From IMG/VR virus record IMGVR_UViG_2551306525_000002, positions 1 through 27,590 of that record: 27,590 nucleotides of DNA; one strand, 5' to 3'. Positions 9,473 to 16,646 of the stretch are shown one piece after another. The translations under genes were made by a program, and so were the position numbers. The DNA is from a virus. Lineage: Duplodnaviria; Heunggongvirae; Uroviricota; Caudoviricetes. Each line of letters starts with the position of its first letter. Position 1 is the first letter of the stretch. The notes beneath the pieces are model-generated. The model was not told the DNA's origin. It made no database searches and saw nothing but the letters and a program-made list of their open reading frames with translations.

Positions 9473-10216
9473 ATGACGAGTCCCGCACAGCGCCACATGA
9501 TGCGGGTCTCGGCAGCGATAACCGCGCAGCGGGACGCCGCCCCGCTGCGACATGCAACTGTCTATGAGCAGATGCTGGTTAAGCTGGCCGCAGACCAGCG
9601 CACACTGAAAGCGATTTATTCAAAAGAGCTGAAGGCCGCAAAAAAACGCGAACTGCTGCCGTTCTGGTTGCCGTGGGTGAACGGCGTGCTGGAGCAGGGC
9701 AAAGGTGCACAGGATGACATTCTGATGACGGTCATGCTGTGGCGTCTGGATACCGGCGATATTGCCGGTGCGCTGGAGATTGCCCGTTATGCCCTGAAGT
9801 ACGGTCTGACCATGCCGGGTAAACACCGCCGTACCCCGCCGTACATGTTCACCGAGGAGGTGGCGCTTGCGGCCATGCGCGCTCACGCTGCCGGTGAGTC
9901 TGTGGATACCCGCCTGCTGACGGACACCCTTGAACTGACCGCCACGGCTGACATGCCTGATGAAGTGCGCGCAAAGCTGCACAAAATCACCGGTCTGTTT
10001 CTGCGTGACACCGGTGATGCCGCCGGTGCGCTGGCGCACCTGCAACGTGCGACACAGCTCGACTGTCAGGCAGGCGTCAAAAAAGAGATTGAACGACTGG
10101 AGCGGGAGCTGAAACCGAAGCCGGAGCCGCAGCCCAAAGCGGCCACCCGCGCCCCGCGTAAGACACGGAGCGTGACACCGGCAAAACGTGGACGCCCGAA
10201 AAAGAAAGCCAGTTAA
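9473..10216 (+). CDS. M: Terminase small (endonuclease) subunit gpM (247 aa)
   Basis: Length identical to P2 gpM; basic proline/lysine-rich C-terminal tail; follows N by 3 nt. Confidence 0.88.
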   Translation: MTSPAQRHMMRVSAAITAQRDAAPLRHATVYEQMLVKLAADQRTLKAIYSKELKAAKKRELLPFWLPWVNGVLEQGKGAQDDILMTVMLWRLDTGDIAGALEIARYALKYGLTMPGKHRRTPPYMFTEEVALAAMRAHAAGESVDTRLLTDTLELTATADMPDEVRAKLHKITGLFLRDTGDAAGALAHLQRATQLDCQAGVKKEIERLERELKPKPEPQPKAATRAPRKTRSVTPAKRGRPKKKAS

Positions 10217-10315
10217 CAACCGAATGCGCCCCGCGCCAGGGCGGCACGCCAGTCAGTGAGGGTGAATCACCTGACACTGCACCGGCGTCCACCGCCCGAC
10301 TTTTCAGAGGTAGTC

Positions 10316-10825
10316 ATGATGACGCTGATTATTCCGCGAAAGGAGGCTCCTGTATCCGGTGAGGGTACGGTGGTCATCCCGCAACCGGCAGGCGACGAGC
10401 CGGTGATTAAAAACACGTTCTTTTTTCCCGATATCGACCCGAAGCGCGTCCGGGAACGTATGCGCCTTGAGCAGACCGTCGCCCCCGCCCGTCTGCGTGA
10501 GGCCATCAAGTCAGGCATGGCGGAGACGAATGCGGAGCTGTACGAGTACCGCGAACAGAAAATTGCCGCCGGTTTTACGCGTCTGGCGGACGTCCCGGCG
10601 GACGACATCGACGGTGAAAGCATCAAAGTTTTTTACTACGAGCGCGCCGTGTGTGCGATGGCGACCGCGTCACTTTATGAACGTTATCGCGGTGTGGATG
10701 CCAGTGCGAAAGGCGACAAGAAGGCTGACAGCATTGACAGCACCATTGATGAACTGTGGCGGGATATGCGCTGGGCGGTGGCGCGTATCCAGGACAAGCC
10801 GCGCTGCATCGTGAGTCAAATCTGA
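10316..10825 (+). CDS. L: Head completion protein gpL (169 aa)
   Basis: ATG at 10316 (MMTLIIPRKEAP...) preceded by AGAGG gives the P2 gpL length of 169 aa; the longer ORF from 10256 is rejected. Confidence 0.88.
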   Translation: MMTLIIPRKEAPVSGEGTVVIPQPAGDEPVIKNTFFFPDIDPKRVRERMRLEQTVAPARLREAIKSGMAETNAELYEYREQKIAAGFTRLADVPADDIDGESIKVFYYERAVCAMATASLYERYRGVDASAKGDKKADSIDSTIDELWRDMRWAVARIQDKPRCIVSQI

Positions 10826-11028
10826 TGAAGACCTTTGCGCTACAGGGCGACACGCTCGACGCCATTTGTGTCCGGTATTACGGGCGCACTGAGGGCGTGG
10901 TTGAGACCGTGCTCGCCGCAAATCCGGGACTGGCTGAACTGGGTGCGGTGCTGCCGCACGGCACCGCCGTCGAACTGCCCGATGTTCAGACCGCGCCCGT
11001 GGCTGAAACTGTCAATCTGTGGGAGTAA
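10825..11028 (+). CDS. X: Tail protein gpX (67 aa)
   Basis: ATG overlaps the L stop (TGATG at 10823-10827). 67 aa (MKTFALQGDTLDAICVRYYG...) as in P2 gpX. Confidence 0.85.
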   Translation: MKTFALQGDTLDAICVRYYGRTEGVVETVLAANPGLAELGAVLPHGTAVELPDVQTAPVAETVNLWE

Positions 11029-11031
11029 CGC

Positions 11032-11313
11032 ATGACAGCAGAAGAAAAAAGCGTCCTGTCGCTTTTCATGATTGGGGTGCTGATTGTTGTAGGCAAAGTG
11101 CTTGCCGGTGGTGAACCCATCACCCCGCGTCTGTTTATCGGGCGCATGTTGCTCGGTGGTTTTGTCTCGATGGTTGCCGGTGTTGTTCTGGTGCAGTTTC
11201 CTGACCTGTCACTGCCTGCGGTGTGCGGCATCGGCTCCATGCTGGGTATCGCCGGTTATCAGGTGATTGAGATTGCCATTCAGCGCCGTTTTAAGGGCAG
11301 GGGGAAACCGTAA
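11032..11313 (+). CDS. Y: Holin gpY (93 aa)
   Basis: 93 aa with hydrophobic transmembrane segments and a charged C-terminus; first gene of the lysis cassette as in P2. Confidence 0.88.
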   Translation: MTAEEKSVLSLFMIGVLIVVGKVLAGGEPITPRLFIGRMLLGGFVSMVAGVVLVQFPDLSLPAVCGIGSMLGIAGYQVIEIAIQRRFKGRGKP

Positions 11314-11810
11314 TGCCGGTAATTAACACGCATCAGAATATCGCGGCCTTTCTCGACATGCTGGCAGTGTCCGAAGGGACGGCGAATCATCCGCTGACGA
11401 AAAACCGGGGCTATGACGTGATAGTCACCGGACTGGACGGGAAGCCGGAAATTTTCACCGACTACAGTGACCACCCGTTCGCGCATGGCCGACCGGCGAA
11501 GGTGTTTAACCGTCGCGGTGAAAAATCAACGGCCTCCGGTCGCTATCAGCAGCTTTACCTGTTCTGGCCGCATTACCGCAAACAGCTTGCCCTGGCGGAT
11601 TTCAGTCCGTTGTCACAGGACAGACTCGCCATTCAGTTGATCCGCGAACGCGGTGCACTGGATGACATCCGGGCGGGACGCATTGAGCGCGCCATTTCAC
11701 GCTGTCGCAATATCTGGGCGTCCCTGCCGGGTGCCGGTTACGGTCAGCGTGAGCATTCACTGGAAAAACTGGTCACCGTCTGGCGTACCGCCGGCGGCGT
11801 ACCGGCTTAA
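11313..11810 (+). CDS. K: Endolysin gpK (165 aa, lysozyme-like)
   Basis: Start overlaps the Y stop (TAATG). Length identical to P2 gpK; position after the holin. Confidence 0.88.
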   Translation: MPVINTHQNIAAFLDMLAVSEGTANHPLTKNRGYDVIVTGLDGKPEIFTDYSDHPFAHGRPAKVFNRRGEKSTASGRYQQLYLFWPHYRKQLALADFSPLSQDRLAIQLIRERGALDDIRAGRIERAISRCRNIWASLPGAGYGQREHSLEKLVTVWRTAGGVPA

Positions 11811-11824
11811 ACGGAGTAAACACC

Positions 11825-12250
11825 ATGAAGAAATTATCCCTTTCACTGATGCTGAACGTGTCGCTGGCGCTGATGCTGGCACTGTCCCTGATTTACCCGC
11901 AGAGCGTGGCCGTCAGTTTTGTCGCCGCCTGGGCGATTCTGGTGACGGTTATCTGTGTGGTTGCCGGTGGTGTCGGCGTGTATGCCACTGAGTATGTGCT
12001 GGAACGCTACGGGCGGGAGCTGCCGCCGGAATCGCTGGCCGTGAAGATTGTCACGGCGCTGTTTTTGCAGCCGGTGCCGTGGCGCAGGCGGTCAGTGGCT
12101 CTGGTAGTGATGGTGGCGACGTTTATCTCGCTGGTCGCTGCCGGGTGGATTTTTACTGCGCTGATTTATCTTGTGGCGTCGCTGTTTTTCCGGCTGATAC
12201 GTACGGCCTGCCGTCAGCGTTTTGAGGGGCGGGAACCATGTCAAAGCTGA
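11825..12250 (+). CDS. lysA: Lysis accessory membrane protein LysA (141 aa)
   Basis: 141 aa, multiple hydrophobic helices, position after K as in P2. Confidence 0.82.
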   Translation: MKKLSLSLMLNVSLALMLALSLIYPQSVAVSFVAAWAILVTVICVVAGGVGVYATEYVLERYGRELPPESLAVKIVTALFLQPVPWRRRSVALVVMVATFISLVAAGWIFTALIYLVASLFFRLIRTACRQRFEGREPCQS

Positions 12251-12663
12251 TGACTGTGCTGGTTGTGTTGTTATCACTGGCGGTGGCCGGTCTGTTTCTG
12301 GTGAAACATAAAAATGCCAGCCTGCGCGCCTCGCTGGACAGGGCGAACAACGTCGCCAGTGAACAGCAGACGACCATCACCATGCTGAAAAATCAGCTTC
12401 ATGTTGCGCTCACCAGGGCAGACAAAAACGAGCTGGCGCAGGTGGCTCTGCGTCAGGAACTGGAGAACGCCGCGAAGCGTGAAGCACAGCGCGAGAAAAC
12501 CATCACGAGATTACTCAATGAAAACGAAGATTTTCGCCGCTGGTACGGCGCTGACCTGCCTGATGTTGTGCGCCGGTTGCACCAGCGTCCGGCCTGCACC
12601 GACGCCAGTGATTGTCGCCAACGCCTGCCCGAAAGTGAGCCTTTGCCCGATGCCGGGCAGTGA
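12238..12663 (+). CDS. lysB: LysB, Rz-like inner-membrane spanin component (141 aa)
   Basis: 141 aa, N-terminal transmembrane segment then a coiled-coil-like charged region; overlaps the end of lysA. Confidence 0.82.
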   Translation: MSKLMTVLVVLLSLAVAGLFLVKHKNASLRASLDRANNVASEQQTTITMLKNQLHVALTRADKNELAQVALRQELENAAKREAQREKTITRLLNENEDFRRWYGADLPDVVRRLHQRPACTDASDCRQRLPESEPLPDAGQ

Positions 12664-12808
12664 CCCGCAGACGAACGGCGATTTAAGTGCTGATATCCGG
12701 CAGCTTGAGAACGCGCTGGCACGCTGTGCCAGCCAGGTAAAAATGATTAAACACTGTCAGGACGAAAACGATGCTCAAACCCGACAGCCTGCGCAGGGCG
12801 CTGACTGA
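12518..12808 (+). CDS. lysC: LysC, Rz1-like outer-membrane lipoprotein spanin (96 aa), starting inside lysB in another frame
   Basis: ATG at 12518 opens MKTKIFAAGTALTCLMLCAGC, a signal peptide with a lipobox (LCAGC), followed by a proline-rich segment. 96 aa matches P2 LysC. Confidence 0.75.
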   Translation: MKTKIFAAGTALTCLMLCAGCTSVRPAPTPVIVANACPKVSLCPMPGSDPQTNGDLSADIRQLENALARCASQVKMIKHCQDENDAQTRQPAQGAD

Positions 12809-13238
12809 CGCCGTCACGGTGCTGAAAACCAGTCCCGAGATGCTGCGGATATTCGTGGATAACGGGAGTATTGCCTCCACACTGGCGACGTCTATGTCAT
12901 TCGAAAAGCGTTACACGCTCAATGTGATTGTGACCGACTTTACCGGTGATTTTGACCTGCTCATTGTGCCGGTGCTGGCGTGGCTGCGGGAAAATCAGCC
13001 CGACATCATGACCACCGACGAAGGCCAGAAAAAGGGCTTCACGTTTTATGCAGACATCAACAATGACAGCAGCTTTGATATCAGCATCAGCCTGATGCTG
13101 ACCGAGCGCACGCTGGTCAGTGAGGTGGACGGCGCGCTGCATGTGAAGAATATCCCGGAACCTCCGCCGCCGGAGCCGGTCACCCGCCCGGTGGAGCTTT
13201 ATATCAATGGCGAACTGGTGAGCAAGTGGGATGAATGA
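12771..13238 (+). CDS. R: Tail completion protein gpR (155 aa)
   Basis: Length identical to P2 gpR; position after the lysis cassette. Confidence 0.87.
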   Translation: MLKPDSLRRALTDAVTVLKTSPEMLRIFVDNGSIASTLATSMSFEKRYTLNVIVTDFTGDFDLLIVPVLAWLRENQPDIMTTDEGQKKGFTFYADINNDSSFDISISLMLTERTLVSEVDGALHVKNIPEPPPPEPVTRPVELYINGELVSKWDE

Positions 13239-13683
13239 GTTTAAGCGTTTTGAAGACCGGCTGACCGGACTGATTGAATCGCTGTCACCGTCAGGGCGTC
13301 GGCGACTGAGCGCCGAACTGGCGAAACGTCTGCGGCAGAGTCAGCAGCGTCGGGTGATGGCTCAGAAAGCCCCGGACGGCACACCCTACGCGCCACGCCA
13401 GCAGCAGAGCGCCAGAAAAAAGACCGGTCGCGTTAAGCGAAAAATGTTTGCGAAACTTATCACCAGTCGTTTTTTGCATATCCGCGCCAGCCCGGAACAG
13501 GCATCAATGGAGTTTTACGGCGGGAAGTCACCGAAAATCGCCAGTGTGCATCAGTTCGGTCTGTCGGAAGAAACCCGGAAAGACGGTAAGAAAATTGATT
13601 ATCCGGCGCGTCCTCTGCTCGGCTTTACCGGTGAGGATGTGCAGATGATTGAAGAGATTATCCTCGCTCACCTCGACCGTTAG
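13231..13683 (+). CDS. S: Tail completion protein gpS (150 aa)
   Basis: Length identical to P2 gpS; overlaps the end of R. Confidence 0.87.
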   Translation: MNEFKRFEDRLTGLIESLSPSGRRRLSAELAKRLRQSQQRRVMAQKAPDGTPYAPRQQQSARKKTGRVKRKMFAKLITSRFLHIRASPEQASMEFYGGKSPKIASVHQFGLSEETRKDGKKIDYPARPLLGFTGEDVQMIEEIILAHLDR

Positions 13684-13749
13684 TTGTGCCATTCCCGACA
13701 CCTCATCGTCACATTGCCGCCGGTATGACCCGGCGGCATCCTTCCCGTT

Positions 13750-14385
13750 ATGAACACTCTCGCAAATATTCAGGAACTCGCGCGCGCACTGCGCAACATG
13801 ATCCGCACCGGCCTTGTCGTCGAAACCGACCTTAACGCCGGTCGCTGCCGTGTGCAGACCGGCGGCATGTGCACCGACTGGCTTCAGTGGCTGACCCATC
13901 GCGCCGGTCGTTCGCGCACATGGTGGGCACCTTCCGTGGGGGAACAGGTGCTGATTCTGGCCGTGGGCGGTGAACTCGACACGGCGTTCGTTCTGCCGGG
14001 GATTTATTCCGGTGATAACCCTCCGCCGTCTGCGTCGGCAGATGCCATGCATATCCGTTTCCCTGACGGGGCGGTGATTGAGTATGAACCCGAAACCAGT
14101 GCACTCACGGTAAGCGGAATTAAAACGGCCAGCGTGACGGCTTCAGATTCTGTTACTGCCACGGTGCCGGTGGTCATGGTGAAAGCATCAACCCGCGTCA
14201 CCCTGGACACACCGGAGGTGGTCTGCACTAACAAGCTGATTACCGGCACGCTGGAAGTGCAGAAGGGCGGGACGATGCGCGGCAACATTGAACATACCGG
14301 CGGTGAACTCTCATCAAACGGTAAGGTACTGCATACCCATAAACACCCCGGCGACAGCGGCGGCACAACCGGGAGTCCTTTATGA
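13750..14385 (+). CDS. V: Baseplate spike protein gpV (211 aa)
   Basis: Length identical to P2 gpV; first gene of the V-W-J-I-H-G block. Confidence 0.88.
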   Translation: MNTLANIQELARALRNMIRTGLVVETDLNAGRCRVQTGGMCTDWLQWLTHRAGRSRTWWAPSVGEQVLILAVGGELDTAFVLPGIYSGDNPPPSASADAMHIRFPDGAVIEYEPETSALTVSGIKTASVTASDSVTATVPVVMVKASTRVTLDTPEVVCTNKLITGTLEVQKGGTMRGNIEHTGGELSSNGKVLHTHKHPGDSGGTTGSPL

Positions 14386-14729
14386 CAGCGCGTTATCTCG
14401 GAATGAATCGCAGTGATGGCCTGACTGTCACTGACCTTGAGCATATCAGCCAGAGTATCGGCGATATCCTGCGCACGCCGGTCGGCTCACGGGTGATGCG
14501 TCGTGATTACGGCTCGTTGCTGGCGTCAATGATTGACCAGCCGCAGACCCCGGCGCTTGAGTTGCAGATTAAGGTCGCCTGTTACATGGCGGTGCTGAAA
14601 TGGGAACCCCGCGTCACCCTGTCATCCGTCACCACTGAGCGCAGTTTTGACGGGCGAATGACGGTCACGTTAACCGGCCAGCACAACGACACCGGCCAGC
14701 CACTTTCGTTAACCATCCCTGTGAGTTGA
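14382..14729 (+). CDS. W: Baseplate wedge protein gpW (115 aa)
   Basis: Length identical to P2 gpW; start overlaps the V stop (ATGA). Confidence 0.88.
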   Translation: MTARYLGMNRSDGLTVTDLEHISQSIGDILRTPVGSRVMRRDYGSLLASMIDQPQTPALELQIKVACYMAVLKWEPRVTLSSVTTERSFDGRMTVTLTGQHNDTGQPLSLTIPVS

Positions 14730-14733
14730 AACC

Positions 14734-15641
14734 ATGCCGATTATCGACCTGAACCAGCTACCCGCACCGGATGTGGTCGAGGAGCTGGACTTTGAAACCA
14801 TTCTTGCCGAACGCAAGGCGACACTGATTTCCCTTTACCCGGAAGACCAGCAGGAGGCGGTCGCCCGTACCCTGACGCTGGAATCCGAACCTCTCGTCAA
14901 ACTGCTGGAGGAAAATGCTTATCGTGAGCTTATCTGGCGTCAGCGTGTGAATGAGGCCGCACGGGCGGTGATGCTGGCCTGTGCTGCCGGTAATGACCTT
15001 GATGTGATTGGTGCCAATTACAACACCACGCGCCTGATATCACCCCGGCAGATGATTCGACCATCCCGCCGACACCGGCAGTGATGGAATCTGACACGGA
15101 TTATCGTCTGCGTATTCAGCAGGCGTTTGAAGGTTTAAGCGTCGCCGGGTCGGTGGGGGCCTATCAGTATCATGGTCGCAGTGCCGACGGGCGTGTCGCG
15201 GATATTTCTGTAACCAGTCCGTCTCCGGCCTGCGTCACCATCTCTGTGCTGTCACGTGAAAATAACGGTGTGGCATCCGAAGACCTGCTGGCCGTGGTGC
15301 GTAACGCCCTTAATGGCGAGGACGTCAGGCCGGTGGCCGACCGCGTGACCGTGCAGTCTGCCGACATCGTTGAATACCAGATAAACGCCACGCTGTATCT
15401 TTACCCTGGTCCCGAAAGCGAACCCATTCGCGCTGCCGCCGTGAAAAAACTGGAAGCGTATATCACGGCACAGCACCGGCTGGGGCGCGACATCCGTCTG
15501 TCTGCCATTTATGCCGCTTTGCATGTGGAAGGCGTGCAGCGTGTCGAACTGGCTGCACCGCTGGCCGACATCGTGCTCAACAATACGCAGGCGTCTTTCT
15601 GTACCGAATACAGCGTCGTGACCGGAGGCTCGGATGAGTGA
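14734..15641 (+). pseudogene. J: Baseplate protein gpJ, interrupted by a 1-bp deletion frameshift near 15037-15038 (ORFs of 116 and 186 aa that together give the 302-aa gpJ)
   Basis: The first ORF ends TRLISPRQMIRPSRRHRQ* in frame 1. Frame 0 is open through the same bases and reads ...ITPADDSTIPPTPAVMESDTDYR, continuous with the second ORF. 116 + 186 = 302 aa, the P2 gpJ length. Confidence 0.8.
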
Positions 15642-16258
15642 TTCGCGACTGCTGCCGACCGGCTCATCACCGCTTGAAGTCGCCGCCGCAAAAGCCTGTG
15701 CGGAAATTGAAAAAACGCCGGTCAGTATTCGTGAGCTGTGGAACCCGGACACCTGCCCGGCAAATCTGCTGCCGTGGCTGGCGTGGTTGGCGGGACGTCG
15801 GCCGGTGGCCGACCGCGTGACCGTGCAGTCTGCCGCCATCGTTGAATACCAGATAAACGCCACGCTTTACCTTTACCCTGGTCCCGAAAGCGAACCCATC
15901 CGCGCTGCCGCTGTGAAAAAGCTGGAAGCGTATATCACGGCACAGCACCGGCTGGGGCGCGACATCCGTCTGTCTGCCATTTATGCCGCTTTGCATGTGG
16001 AAGGCGTGCAGCGTGTCGAACTGGCTGCACCACTGGCTGACATCGTGCTCAACAGTACGCAGGCGTCTTTCTGTACCGAATACCGCGTCGTGACCGGAGG
16101 CTCGGATGAGTGATTCGCGCCTGCTGCCGACCGGCTCATCACCGCTTGAAGTTGCCGCCGCAAAAGCCTGTGCGGAAATTGAAAAAACGCCGGTCAGGAT
16201 TCGTGAGCTGTGGAACCCGGACACCTGCCCGGCAAATCTGCTGCCGTGGCTGGCGTGG
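15321..16258 (+). repeat. Tandem direct duplication, two copies of ~472 bp at ~97% identity, spanning the 3' part of J and the 5' part of I
   Basis: Copy 1 ~15321-15786, copy 2 ~15794-16258, constant offset 472 bp, with about a dozen substitutions between copies. The junction at ~15781-15800 falls at short TGGCG microhomology and carries small indels. Confidence 0.85.
15634..16113 (+). CDS. Chimeric ORF (159 aa) created by the duplication: first ~51 residues of gpI fused to the C-terminal ~108 residues of gpJ
   Basis: N-terminus MSDSRLLPTGSSPLEVAAAKACAEIEKTPV...LPWLAW matches the I start at 16106; the remainder, PVADRVTVQSAAIVEYQ...VVTGGSDE, matches the gpJ C-terminus. Expression unknown. 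Confidence 0.5.
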   Translation: MSDSRLLPTGSSPLEVAAAKACAEIEKTPVSIRELWNPDTCPANLLPWLAWLAGRRPVADRVTVQSAAIVEYQINATLYLYPGPESEPIRAAAVKKLEAYITAQHRLGRDIRLSAIYAALHVEGVQRVELAAPLADIVLNSTQASFCTEYRVVTGGSDE

Positions 16259-16636
16259 GCGTTTTCGGTCGACAGGTGGGATGAAAAGTGGCCGGAAGCG
16301 ACAAAACGCGCCGTTATCCGCGATGCCTATTTCATCCACTGTCATAAAGGCACTATCGGCGCAATCCGGCGTGTGGTGGAGCCGCTCGGCTATCTCATCA
16401 ACGTGACGGAGTGGTGGGAAAACAGTGACCCGCCCGGCACCTTCCGCCTTGATATTGGTGTACTGGAAAGCGGTATCACAGAGGCAATGTATCAGGAAAT
16501 GGAACGGCTGATTGCTGATGCCAAACCTGCAAGCCGTCACCTTATTGGTCTGAACATTACCCGGGACATTCCCGGCTACCTGTTCGCCGGTGGTGTGGCT
16601 TATGACGGCGATGTAATTACGGTTTACCCCGGATAA
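16106..16636 (+). CDS. I: Baseplate protein gpI (176 aa)
   Basis: Length identical to P2 gpI; start overlaps the upstream stop as at the first J/I junction. Confidence 0.87.
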   Translation: MSDSRLLPTGSSPLEVAAAKACAEIEKTPVRIRELWNPDTCPANLLPWLAWAFSVDRWDEKWPEATKRAVIRDAYFIHCHKGTIGAIRRVVEPLGYLINVTEWWENSDPPGTFRLDIGVLESGITEAMYQEMERLIADAKPASRHLIGLNITRDIPGYLFAGGVAYDGDVITVYPG

Positions 16637-16646
16637 GTGAGGAATA

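Noticed and set aside
10256-10315. Upstream extension of L starting at 10256
   Set aside because: The ATG at 10316 (MMTLIIPRK) with an AGAGG Shine-Dalgarno gives the P2 gpL length of 169 aa.
13685-13700. TGT-N10-ACA element upstream of V as a possible Ogr-dependent late promoter
   Set aside because: The spacing is 10 rather than the 12 I recall for the consensus, and it sits too close to the V start codon; not reported as a promoter.
7842-14444. Antisense or alternative-frame ORFs inside O, N, M, L, lysis and baseplate genes (for example 7842-8300 -, 9620-10219 -, 10267-10626 -, 13528-14052 -, 14004-14444 -)
   Set aside because: Same reasoning: they are embedded in genes whose lengths and sequences match P2 proteins.
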